Shown in pieces: positions 51,758-64,000 of a stretch of 64,000 nt of DNA (positions within the stretch are counted from its first letter, which is position 1; each line of letters opens with the position of its first letter). The position numbers were made by a program, and so were the translations under genes. The stretch is from Ruditapes philippinarum. Taxonomy: Eukaryota. The notes under the pieces were generated by a model, which saw only the letters and a list, made by a program, of their open reading frames with translations, did no database searches and was not told where the DNA came from. Where the stretch lies: contig NW_026867146.1 of assembly GCF_026571515.1 (NCBI RefSeq), positions 1 to 64,000 on the forward strand. Reading direction: 5' to 3'.

Positions 51758-53398
51758 ACTTTACCTCTTTCGCTGATGAAGTGTGATATACAAGTCTTGT
51801 GTTATTTTCTTTGGAATTAAAGCTAATATTATATACTAATTCTAGGCTTTATTTCCATAATTGAATGAAATACAGAAAATCAGAGGATGCTTCTTGATAA
51901 AGGTGATTTTCTTTTTAAATTAAAATTTAGGGATAGGGAATTTACATTTGATTCAGCATAAATAATAAAACTTAAGTGAGCAAGACACTTATTATTGTAA
52001 ATTTTCTATTGATATACAAATTATCATCCTTGACCTTAGTGAAATTAAATTCCCCTTGCTTGCTTTAGTGAATGAGATTGCAATAATTGCAAATATTAAG
52101 GCTAACGTGTAAACGCAAGATATTAATTTAACTTAGTTACTATAAACCCTGCAAAATTGATAAAAAGTTGATAACTTTCATGAATACGAAGGCCGTTTGT
52201 TTACAGGTTTGTTGTTAATCGAGTGACTTTCTCTAGAGCTAGTTTGTATGCAAACCATCCGTTTGTTTCGCTTAAATGGCATACCCTGAATTAACCCATT
52301 TATAAAATGGATTTGTAATTGGAACAGGCTACTTCAGTATCAAAACAAACATAAGATGTGCTACCAACAGCCAGACGGCAAATTATCATGACAGGACAAT
52401 ATGGACAATACACATTTAATTTCTATATTCGACTTATTCTACTTGAAAAAGAAAATGAAATGTGATGGGCTGCAAGATAAATTTGAGCAACACGAAAATA
52501 CAACACTGGTAAATCTATATACATGTATTTGCAAGTCTTATCATGCCTGCTAAATATGAATGAAGTAAGCCGAAAAGTTGCGATCATGTAGTCACCAGAC
52601 CTTCATCCGTGTGACGTCATTTAACGATTTTCATGAGAAAATTTCCTATCAAAAGAGATACCTTAATTTAAGCTATATCTACCCTTCTTAAAGTAATCTA
52701 ACGCAAAACATATACAATGCATACATATTCATGTAGTAGAGACTTTCTTTTTCTTTTCTTTTTTTTAATTTCGTTTTTATCTAGATCTAGATCTAGGCGT
52801 TTATGTCTAAATTGATATTACGCCCCCTGCCGGTCAAGCTGGTAGGGGTCTTAGTGAACAGCAAATCAGCGATAGATAAGTTTCTCATTGAGATCACATT
52901 TAAAATGTACAATTATCTTATTAATAATTAATAAATTGATAAATATCCGCAACTGATAGACGCTGGCCATATTGTAATACCGTATTCGTTTCACCAGGAC
53001 CGTTTATTTTTCAGAAGGACCGTAAATAAGTTTCTTCAGGACCGTATCTCACACCACGATCGTATTTATTTTACCATTTACTAGTATATTCTTTCTTCGG
53101 TGAACATCTTCGTGAAGTTCCTCGTCAGCGCACCACGTGGTGGACTACATACATGACACATACTTACGGACAGTAAATTTGTATATATTGGATGAGGCAG
53201 GCAACTAGTTCAACGATAATTAAATAGCTTCGTGGCGGTACATAACTTTAATACTGTTTGTCTATATAATTACGGTTAACCCAAAAACACTAATGGGGTC
53301 AAACACTGACCGCAGCCTTTCTCCGCGATTTTTAACTCTCAGCAACTTTCAAAATTAACACAAATACATGCACATCTGTCTCATTCATAAACTTAATT

Positions 53399-53635
53399 TG
53401 AGCCGCGTCATGACAAAACCAACATAATGGGTTTGCGACCAGCATGGATCCAGATCAGCCTGCGCATCAGCGCAGTCTGATCAGGATCCATGCTGTTCGC
53501 TTACAAACTGTATAACAAGTAGAGAAACTGATAGCGAACAGCATGGATCCTGATCAGACTGGGCAGATGCGCAGGCTGGTCTGGATCCATGCTGGTCGCA
53601 AACCCATTATGTTGGTTTTGTCATGACGCGGCTCA
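53399..53635. mobile_element. Near-perfect hairpin MITE (~105-bp arms)
   Basis: tgagccgcgtcatgacaaaaccaacataatgggtttgcgaccagcatggatccaga and its reverse complement at the right end. Confidence 0.92.
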
Positions 53636-55682
53636 TTTATTTATTTCAGTATATAAATACATCGTGACATTTCATACACATATTTATTTTTTTTATATAA
53701 TTTATATTTCTTTAATTCATGGGAAATCGAAGCGAAACACATTTTATTATTGACATATAAATTATGTCAAAAAATTACTGACAGTCGGCAATGGCCTCGC
53801 AATTCTCAATGGACGAGTATAATTCAAATTAAAGCTGCATGACTTCGACTGAAAATCAAATTTGAGGAAAATGATTCAAGATTAAGTTATTATGTGCATG
53901 TTACTTGTATATGCATAAATGACTTATTTTACCGTTTATTTATCAACATAATAATGCGTGACTAACGCAGTGAGGACTATTATTGCATATTATTTTACGT
54001 GTCTTGTAAGTGCCGCTTGCAATGTGTAATTCTCTTTCTTTGTTTTTCATCACAATAGTTTACTTTTTAAATACATTCTCAAATAGTTTATGAAAATAAT
54101 TCTCAAATATTTTATGAAAATTAACATGAATCTTGAGGCATGCTGCTTAAAGCTGAATAGACAAATACAATAAAACAATTATAGCTATTGAAATAATGGA
54201 TGGAGTTGCCTCGTATCTTAATTAGAGCGTTCCAATTCAATGATATCGGAATTAATTAACTTATAATTATTTGAGAGATAAATGAGGCAAAATAAGCGCA
54301 CGTGAACTGTCACGAGGGTAACCTAATTACGAGACAAGTGGTCAGTGTACCAAAAAAAAAGATTTGGTGAACTTTGGGTTAACAGGATAAATTTATTTTT
54401 AACTTGAATCGTCATCCCGTAAACAAGCAAAACAACAATAATTATGCAGAAAACTATTTTGATTTTATCAGACAAATTCTTTGACTAATCATCAGAAGAG
54501 CATCAAGACAAATGGTCAGAAGAATTTATTACGTGACAGTATTCATGAGAACTGCAAATGTAATATGTGTGACAGCAGGGTAAGTATAAAAAGAGATACT
54601 TTATAAAGGCATAAGTCGAAGTTGTCCACTAAAATCTAGCTGCATTATAAGTGTTGAATATCGTCGTTTTGGGCTTCATTCATGGTAGAAGGGAAGATCC
54701 TGTAAAAACTTTCGGTTAGTGGTCTCTGTAAGTTTGTTGTACCTTTCAAGATGCCTGTACTTGTCTTAAATATACATTGAAATATGCAATTTCATCATTA
54801 GAATGTCAAGTTATTTAAAAGGGAAATGAAATGAAACTATGTTAGTTACACGCCAATATGCACGATTCACTTATCTTCCCTTGTAACCCCATTCCTTATA
54901 AGAAAAATGATGGAAGGGAGACAACTCTTTAAAAAATAAGGGTCATATTTTTACAGAGTATTGCCTCTTTTAGATGCGTTTATGCTCTTATTATAGTCGG
55001 GAATAAATTTCACGTTGTCGTGGAGGAGTACATTTTTGATGCTCCGTGGAAGGTTTTGTATTTTGCCCGTCGGGTTTGACAGCCAATGAAGTTTTAATGT
55101 TCTATGTAAGTAGGCAAGGTAAGATAATCTAAAACTGTTGTAAATTCGAAAGCTATTGGATATTTACATTTACCCTGAAGTTTTAAATGATATTATTTAT
55201 CTAAATAAACTAAATAAATAAAAGTTCTTAAATTATTTTCATCATATAAATACTTATATTGACATAAATAAATCATACTTTTCTAAACCTGATGGTATCA
55301 CGTGTTATTACTTATTAGTAATATATACTCGTGTATTACACTTCGTCCGTCCTGGTGAATTCAAAATTTCAACTTCATGAATTTACAATTTTAACTTAAC
55401 GAATTCACGATTGCACTTCATGGATTCACAATTTCAATATACAGTTCACGTGTCGAATTCTGTACGTAGGAATCATGAATTCGTGAAGTTGAAATTGTGA
55501 ATTCGTGAAGATGAACCCAAGAATTCATATTGCATGAAATTGAAATGTCATCACTGATCTTTCGTAGTATAAATTGTTTGCTCTTGTATTTTTAAGTTAA
55601 GCTAGCATAGCATAGAGCTTTTTTGGTTAAGTGTTTAGCTATTAGTGTAATAGATTCGCTCTAAAGTCCATTCAAAGTTTAA

Positions 55683-56039
55683 AGGCCCACTAAGCCTCAG
55701 AAATGCTATCAATTTTATTTCTTAGAAACTTTCAACTTTTGGTATGCTGTTACAGTTTCCGAAAATATACTGGTCTGCCAGGTTCATGAAATATTTTAAC
55801 TACTTTCGTTCTCTTGACAACTGGTATAATTATAGTGAATGAGTATTTTGAATGGAAGTCAAAATACTACTTTACATTTTAGTTCACATTTTGTTACCTT
55901 TACAACACATTATGTACTGCATGTTTTCAGTTATTAAATGTCTCAAATGCTCTAAATTCATTATTAGAGCATTATTGAACAAATATTTTACATTTTTAAA
56001 GATTACAAAAAATATGAATTTTTGAGGCATAGTGTGCCT
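55683..56039. mobile_element. TTAA-flanked MITE (Kolobok-like termini)
   Basis: TTAA-aggcccactaagcctcagaaat ... atttttgaggcatagtgtgcct-TTAA. Confidence 0.65.
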
Positions 56040-57250
56040 TTAAAGTATTTCAGATAGGCTGGCCTGACACAAGCCAACTCCAATCCGCGCTAATTTTGTG
56101 AAATATCGGCTTAAATTCCTCCTTTTTCATGTAAAAATTTTAAAAATAAAGAAATAGATATATTTAAATATTATATTAAGTACTGTCAAGTAATGACACT
56201 TGCCGGATTTGTACATGTATGTACTATTTATAGATGAAATATTCTTAAATGTGTAAACACTTGGTTTTACTGACGTATGAATATTAATGACATATATAAT
56301 ATATAACAGAGAAGGATATAATCATACATATATAACTGGTTCAGTAAGTTTGTACACTGAATATTTGTTACATACTAAATTGCACAAATTCCGCGTTGGA
56401 CGGTTAAAAGTGTACAAAGTTTTACTTTGATAACGCTGATTACATATTTTATACAAAAATAGATCTAATTATCTGTTAACAACATATATACATGTGTACA
56501 GATGTATTGATGTGACTGAAAAACTAACTGGCGTCCTAATTTAACATAACTGTGTTATATCAATACAGATTGATTTATTGTTATTTGATACCATAACATT
56601 TTAGTAACGTTGTTTAAACAAAGTGTATTGTTAGTATACATTTTGTTTGACCCAAAAATACGAGCTAGATCTGCAGTTACACTTAATATGCTGTTTGTCC
56701 TAGACCATTATTTTAAAATCACCCAGTGCACGTGCCATATGACCTATCCCGACCTCACCAAAATTTTATTAAAATAGCCTAACTGTTGTAAGTAGCCAAA
56801 CTGGTTAAATGAAGTTATACTAAGCTACACAGTAAAACCTGTCTTAAAGGTCACATGTGACCTCCGAATAAAGACCAATATTTCACCAACCTATATTGAT
56901 AAAAACACAACAGAATAAACTCTGATTAAAGAACATTTGTCAATAGAGGTCATGTATGGTCTCTCCTGTGGATGGCCTTTATACACAGGTTTGATTATAT
57001 CTTCCTAATATTCCTTCGGATCTACTGTCACTTGATTATTTAAATATCTATGCAGAGCCTCTATATACAGCACTCTTATATAATATGCCTCTGATCTATG
57101 TAATTTGATCCGGGGTCTAATGACGTGATCTATAAATAAAACGAATAGGCCTAAACAAAAATATCTTGCACTATTCAAATTAAATCCGACAAATCATTTG
57201 TAGGTCTGAACGCATCCCTAACTTTACCGGCCACCGCTTCACTTAATGAA

Positions 57251-57443
57251 AGGGTTGGTCTCGTTGTTAAGTTGTCTGCCTCTCAACCCAGGAATCATGG
57301 GTTCGAGTCCTACTCGGGTCACGATCATGTTTCTTCACATGGCACCAGTACTCTTTGGTTCCAGGAAGCGTACTTGAAAGTGATTAAAATATGCTGCAAG
57401 AACTTATTTCGCAATCGAGCTTAAATAAATATGTCAAAACCAA
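57251..57443 (+). mobile_element. tRNA-derived SINE, second family, degenerate
   Basis: tRNA-like head with B box gggttcgagtcc, followed by an unrelated body and an A-rich end. Confidence 0.6.
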
Positions 57444-58054
57444 ATGTTCCAGTCATTACCAAAGTATCACACGAAAAAAAACGAGGACTTTGATCGAGTT
57501 TGGGACCAGCAAATCCTCGACAGTTTTTAGAACTATCAAGCGATAAAAATCAAATGTTTTTACCAGAATAGAAAGGCCCTGTGTATTATCATGCAAAACA
57601 TGAATTACAGAAAACATGTGTAATGGCAGCCCAAGCCATCTTGACATGTATAAATACATGTAAAATTAATGTACAGATAACGTTAACATCTCTGCCTAAT
57701 ATATTAAGCTTTAAGCAAAATATTACCTAATGACTGCATGATATACAACTAATTATGTGAATTTATTTAATTAATTTTTATAATTATATAGACGTTTATT
57801 TTCTTGTATAAATGTTAATAAAAAACTAACAATATAGCTACATACATGTACGTATAAATATATAGCGAGGCTTTCTCTTTAATGGAGCATAAATATTTTG
57901 GATTATAATGAAAGACTCTGGTTTAAATCATAATCATAAATTAACGCAACCACGACAAAACATTGCAGACGGCAATAATTTCTCAGTTCGTTCTAAATTC
58001 CATTGATGAGTTTTTGATATTTTTTATTTATTTACTATGTCTTGCGAAATTGTT

Positions 58055-58315
58055 TGATTGGCCGTAATTTTATATCGGGAACTCATGATGAACGTGACTT
58101 CCTGTTTGCAAAGGGACGTAATCAATATTAATATGGCTGTCATTTATAACCGCCCCTTTCAATTGACGCCATTTTTGTTTTGATGAAAATAAACCATGAA
58201 AATCATCAAAATTCACTGCTTTATCAAATATATTGTTTGAAATAATGGACGCCAAACAAAATATTTTTACTCAAAGATTGTATTGTCATAAAAATTGGTC
58301 CAAAAAATGGCGACA
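58055..58315. promoter_or_regulatory. Probable promoter of the downstream zinc-finger gene
   Basis: Clustered CCAAT (gattggc ~58057), ETS (acttcctgtt ~58097) and two YY1-like motifs (cgccatttt ~58167; aaaatggcg ~58304); candidate donor AG|GTATTA at ~58408. Confidence 0.45.
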
Positions 58316-60255
58316 GTTAATTTTTCAGTCCTCCGTGTAAAGGGGTCAGTGTCTCGCCTTACAAAATTTCGTCTCGCCTGGCTCTTTATGCATATTGAGA
58401 AAAATAGGTATTATACTTTTTTTAAACAGGATTTTCATAAAATATTCACATTTCTGATATTTTTATACCTTGTAGAATCCAGGACATTAAGTTAATATCA
58501 CGGATCTTGCGGTTTAAAGAAATTATGCAAAGAAATCTGTCAACACGTTATGTGTCACTAGTTTTCGCGACACGCAACATGAACTAGTTTACGTTGCAAA
58601 CATTGTATACTAGTGTTATACATACTATAAGTAGCTAAGTTGATGCAAGCTAAACATATGATCGAAATGTATGGTGCCAATGGCTAAGTAAGAATTTGAA
58701 AAGTGTAGTATTTTGGTGGTTTTTAATGAAATTCTCTTAATTGGCCACTCCTGTGAATGAAAATTGTTTGTTTTGATTATTATGATCATTTATCATGACT
58801 TATAGAGATCAGTTGTTACAACGACTATCAGAATTGAAGAAATGTAGACTAATTGTACAAAATCCATTACAAAATGGATAATAAATTTGAAAATGATAAT
58901 TGCAATTCCACTTTTTATGTAAGATTTAGAATGACTCAGTGGGTGTTCCCAAGGGAATAAACAAATCTGAAATACTGGTTTTATTTTATATCAAAGTAAG
59001 CATTCATACTTATATAGATACTTAAGTTATTTGGATTACTTTCAGACATTCAGCACAATTTATTGCATTCAGAAAGTAGGGAATAAGACTGAATAGGGTT
59101 ATTTCACATAACAAAGTTTTTAATGATATAGAATTCTTATCATTTTGCTAAGCCATTTGAGATTTATAGTAAGGCAGGTAAGTTTCAACATGTTGGTGTT
59201 CACATAAATGAAATGCTCCCGACTTGAAAACAGAAAAGTTTATTTATTTTTTTAGCTTCATGGCACACAACCGGTGACAATAGATTAGTTAACTTGTTGT
59301 GCTTATTTTCAAAGTAAAAGTTTGTTTGTACCCCAGGATCATCCACGAAAACACAAAAATGTTCTTAATTCAGTAGTAGCTCTTTTGACAATCATTGTAA
59401 TGTTATAGATGTTTTTCTACCATATTTCACTCATGTAAAATTGTACAACATTTCAGGTTCAGTAATGTAAATATCATATCATGCAATGATACTATTAAAG
59501 GAATGAAAAATCCACATATGACTAACATATTACAGATTACTTAGCATATATAGTAGTACCTGAAGGATACCTGTAGGCTCTGATCTTAGGGCTAAGTCAT
59601 AAGAAAAACATGGTATTCGTATCTTTTCCTCTGCTTTTTCTACTATTTATGTATTGGCATGTTATTGCACTACTTTCACTAGGACGTGTACAATAACAGA
59701 GCAGATTTTAATGAGATTGTAAATGTGATAACAATTTCTGACCCAGATGTGTATTTCTGAAAATAAAAGGCATTTCATCCAGTTATGTTTTTAAATTACC
59801 TTAAATTTAAAACTTTTTCTCTTTTGCTTCATTTCAGGTGAGAGGAAATTACTTGACAGTGGCTTGCACAAAAACTTATTAGCTATATCTAAACAGACAC
59901 AAACAGAGATACAGTTTTCACAAGCTAGTCGTCAAAGTTATTTCAGATTTAAACGTCTTTTTCTGTTAAAACATGTTCAGATAATCTGAACGAACAATGG
60001 ATGAAATGGAATAAAAACAACAACAACAACATGTGAGTTGTGAAGATCGCAGGACATGTTTATAGTGATCGAGAATTTACTGAAGTGATATATAGTCCTC
60101 TGTAAATGACTACAGTAGCGAGGGACGCAGTGAAGTTATGTTGATTAAGCATTGAAGAAAGCGGTCGTAAAACTGTACAATAAGCTCCTTGAAAAAAGGG
60201 CTGTACAGGTTTTTATTAAGCTGTTTGTTTGGTACAGTACGTAAATCGTGACATC

Positions 60256-61811
60256 ATGGATAATCAACTGTTTCCAGGGGGCGGAGCATTCCTGGACGAC
60301 ATGGCTCAGGGGTGTCCGCTGTGTGGGGTGATGTTCAACAACACGCTGGCTTATCAGCACCACATGCAGCTTCATATTCTGTCTGCCAATGCAATTTTGG
60401 GGAACCAGCCTCCACCTGACCCAGGTATGAAATTTGAATTGGAATGTGAACAAAAAAGGCAGACAACATGCTTGTAAGCTAATTCAATTAAAACAAGTTA
60501 GCACAATGACATACACTCGGTAACCTAGGCTATTTACCGTAAAATGTAGTATATGCAGAATGTGTACCATGGGTTCCGACAGTGACTGATATATAACTAA
60601 TTATACAATTTAGTATTTGAATACATTGACATAATTATAAGGTTACATGGTGTGAAGTTTTGATGCACATAAAAATCATTGAGAAGTCTTATGGGCAGCT
60701 CTTGTGTTTTAATGGTTTAAGTTCAATTGTAGTCAAGCATCACACACTTTCCTTCGTGAGGTCACAAGTTTTGATGTAATAATGTCATTTAAAAAAAACA
60801 AATTTATTCAATTTTATAGATTTTTGTTACATTTTAACATTAAGGTAGCAATGTTGAAATAGTTGTTAACTCAGCAAATGCTAGTTTTTCCGAGCTAATC
60901 CCCTAGTCCACACACAAAATTGTACCATTATTACTTCATGATGCACTTCCATTCACAATAGATAAGTCAACCTGTTGCACTTAATTTTGAAGTTGTAACA
61001 GTAAAACTTTGTTTGTACCCTTGGATTAGCTGGGAAAACCCAAAATATTCTAAATTCTGGAGTAAGTGTATTTGATTGCAGTTTTTGTATAAAATTTAAC
61101 ATTCAATTGACTGAATAGAGTTAATTTTCTGCTGAAATTACCATAGATTTAATTAATATAGATGTTATTCTTTTGCTTTCAATTGTAGTATGACTAAAAT
61201 TCTTTTGTATTCAAACATTTTGGCTATGTACATATGATATTATGCATCATAATTATTATAATTTCTTTTTTTGGTTGGGTTTTATGTCGTACCAAACACA
61301 GTATAAGTCATATGGTGCCTTTCCAGCTTTACTGATGGAGGATGGCCTCAGGTGCTCTTCCATGCATTATTTCAGGCATAAGCAGTGCCTGAGTAGAACC
61401 ACCCACGTTCTGTAAGCTAGCTGGATAGCTTTTTCACATGAAAGAATGTGAAGACACTGGCAAGGATCAAACCTACATGTACAACTGTAGATGAGAGGCA
61501 AGAGGTTTGAAGTCAACAACCTTAACCACTTTGCTATGGACGCCCTACGCATAATAATTAAGTCTGAAATATAATTCACTATCGTCTATGATATTTCAGT
61601 ACTTACTCTCCTGAAAAAGTATGTTTTAAATAAGAATATGAACTTTTTTTATTTACAGGGATTAGTATGCCTACACCAAGCACTATATTAGATCTGATGG
61701 GAGGGGTATCCCAGCATCCACTGTCCACTGGTTCTGGAATGCCTATGGTATCACAGCAAGCCATATTCTCCGGTTCAGCCGGTTCAATGCCTCCGCACTT
61801 GATATCTCAAG
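60256..61811 (+). CDS. C2H2 zinc-finger protein gene, first two coding exons (60256..60424, 61659..61811); continues beyond window
   Basis: MDNQLF..CPLCGVMFNNTLAYQHHMQLH fits C-x2-C-x3-F-x8-H-x3-H. Phase-1 donor CCAG|GTATGA and acceptor TTTACAG|GG join in frame to a Pro/Ser/Met-rich exon ending CAAG|GTAAT. Confidence 0.75.
61268..61545 (-). mobile_element. tRNA-derived SINE (same head and core as 21077..21405, older, different tail) in the zinc-finger gene intron
   Basis: Reverse complement reads gggcgtccatagcaaagtggttaagg..catgtgaaaaagctatccagctagcttacagaacgtgggtggttctactcagg..aaagctggaaag. Confidence 0.85.
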
Positions 61812-62081
61812 GTAATCTAAAGATTAATCTGCCAGGAATTATCTTGAACACTTGCATGTACATGTATGTGATTCATAGATGTACTCTTATATATATTTTC
61901 AGCTTGACTATTCGAAGCTATTTGTACTCACCTTGGCTTCACCGTCAGGATTACACTTTGGTTAAGTTTTTGAGATTGGATAAGGTTTCATAAGGTTGAA
62001 ACTTCACATTTATTTGGCAATCACTTTCCGAAGCCCATAAGTTTAACAAGGGTTTTGTGTGAATCGTGGCTCTATTTGAAC

Positions 62082-62483
62082 TTAGAATTGTGAAATAATA
62101 TATCCCAAACTGTGTATTTATCGCTCAATAAAATCAATGTTTGGTGTTTGGATGCAGGGAATTATATCACGAGGGCGTAGCCCAAGTGATATAATGATGT
62201 GCATCCCAACGACAAACAGTGATTTTATAAAGCAATAAAATCACCGATTTGGATATATATTATTTCGATTCTAACACAACATCAACAAATGAATTCTGCG
62301 TTACCTGATATTAAGCTTAATTGCACCTGATTTGTTTCCATACTGATTGTCAGCGCTTCACATTTTTAGTAGTTACGCAACGTGTATAATGATTACATCA
62401 CATGTCAGTGATTTTATAGCATAATAACATACACTTTTGGTTCTTCTATGTTCAATAGGGAAAAATGCGGGTCGTATTAGAAT
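62082..62483. mobile_element. Crypton-like non-autonomous element
   Basis: TTAGAAT direct repeats at both ends; ~190-bp terminal palindrome centred on gggcgtagccc; half-copies at ~20450, ~37005 and ~43365. Confidence 0.6.
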
Positions 62484-63018
62484 ATTCCACATTATCCAGG
62501 CTGTTAGTTGAAACTTCAAGCACGTATTTGAAAGCATAATAGAAGGTCACTGTCTTAGGCCCATAACTCTAAAATGGTTTTTGACAGGTTTTTTTAACCG
62601 TGTTAAACGTTGAAGTTAAACAGACCATACTTTTAAAATCCTTAGATTTTTAACATTACCTTTGTTTCTTTATGACAAGATATGCCATTTTGTTCGTATT
62701 TTGTTGTAATCAACAACTAAATGATTACAATACTTTTCGGATATGGAGTCACTATTTTCTGCAAGGATCGTACTGTTTTCAATCAGATTGGAAAAAATAC
62801 ATTGTCGAGTACAACTAAAACACAAACAGTTGTCATATCTTGTTATAAAAAAAACTAAGGTAATATTTAGAATCAATTTATAACTTTGTCAAATACTATT
62901 TCTAACCAGTTTTTAGCTAAAAACCGACCCTACCCGTTTAAACAGATAAACATGACATCCCTAGCTCTTGTTGTTAGCTAAGTTTGGTTTAACCAAGACA
63001 ATGAAAGATATGCATTAA

Positions 63019-63639
63019 CCTTTTCCCTCATATAAGCGTGTTTCGACGGCTTTCCCCCCCCCCCCCCCCCTTTTTGAGGCCTCAAACACTGAAAAAATGC
63101 CCAATATAGGCCCCAAACACTGGTTTTCGTTTGAGAAAAGTTGTTAAAAAAGTGACCACTTTTTTGGCGCGGTCCCCCATCCAAATGTTACATCAGGGGG
63201 TTTCCAGAATGGGGATGTGCCAAGTTTGGGGGGTTTCAAGGGGGGCGGAGTCCCCCTCATCGCCAAGAAAACTTTGGATATGTGACAGGCTAAAAATGGC
63301 CTCAGGTCGATCCTAGGGTAACTAGTAACCGGCGCTGAAAAGCCTTTTACTCTATCTCAATTCATTGAGAAGTTGCAGCACTTTGAAATCAGTTTTGATG
63401 GAAAAAAACAACAATGCAAAATAGTGATTTTTGGCAATTTTGAGACATCCCCCCATTGCCATGGTAACAGGAAATTTACGATTGAGCATGCTGTTACAGA
63501 GGCTATGGTGTAGTCAACATTTGTGCCAAGTTTCATCAGTATTGAAGCATTTTCATAGTTTCATAGCAGTTTGAACTTGTAACAGGAGGCTTTTCAATGA
63601 AAACGGCCATTTTTCGCAATAAGCTCATGGGGTAAAAGG
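63019..63639. mobile_element. piggyBac-like MITE
   Basis: TTAA-ccttttccctcat ... atggggtaaaagg-TTAA (11/13 TIR match). Confidence 0.65.
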
Positions 63640-64000
63640 TTAACATGAATGTTACAAATATTGTAATTTCAAGTTGAATTGTTTCTGACTGTGATCTACA
63701 CTAACGCAGTAAGCATAAATAGCTAAAAAAATGAAACTGAATATGAAATTTGAAAATTTCAAGATATTCTATGCTCATCTTTTGGTAAAATACTTTTCTT
63801 GCAGAAATATTTTGCTATGTAGTAACCTCTAAGAATATGTCAAAATTAAAATGTTTACAGAATGCTCAAACCCTGCTTAGAAAGTGCATTCCTTACTACT
63901 GTTAATTTTGGTCCTTTCTTAGTCAAATTTTACATGACACTATGTATTCATAGTTTTTTTACCTGTAGTTACAAAGTATGTAAAGTTTAAAACATAACAT

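Overview
AT-rich animal genomic DNA with GT-AG introns; its repeat families resemble those of bivalve molluscs (inference, not verified). The main feature is a cluster of seven two-exon paralogues. Each encodes a ~436-441 aa type II membrane protein: a short Tyr-motif cytoplasmic tail, one TM helix, a Cys-containing stalk and a CBM9-like/DOMON-superfamily ectodomain resembling bacterial 'carbohydrate-binding family 9-like' proteins. Two divergent copies (A, B) lie on the minus strand and five recent tandem copies (C-G) on the plus strand. Copies C-G have near-identical frameworks but short hypervariable, aromatic-rich patches and mosaic (recombinant) relationships. An ~80-bp element occurs just upstream of the TATA box of E/F/G and just after the stop codon of D/E/F. 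A four-exon p24/TMED (GOLD-domain) gene with a 38-bp intronic minisatellite sits inside the cluster, and the first coding exons of a C2H2 zinc-finger gene lie at the right end. The spacers carry a Ty3/gypsy LTR element (LTRs, PBS, PPT, 4-bp TSD), a degenerate LINE nested in a TA-flanked MITE, tRNA-derived SINEs, hairpin MITEs and Crypton-like palindromic elements. Several insertions can be checked against empty sites in the paralogous units. No database searches were run; family assignments come from motif recognition.
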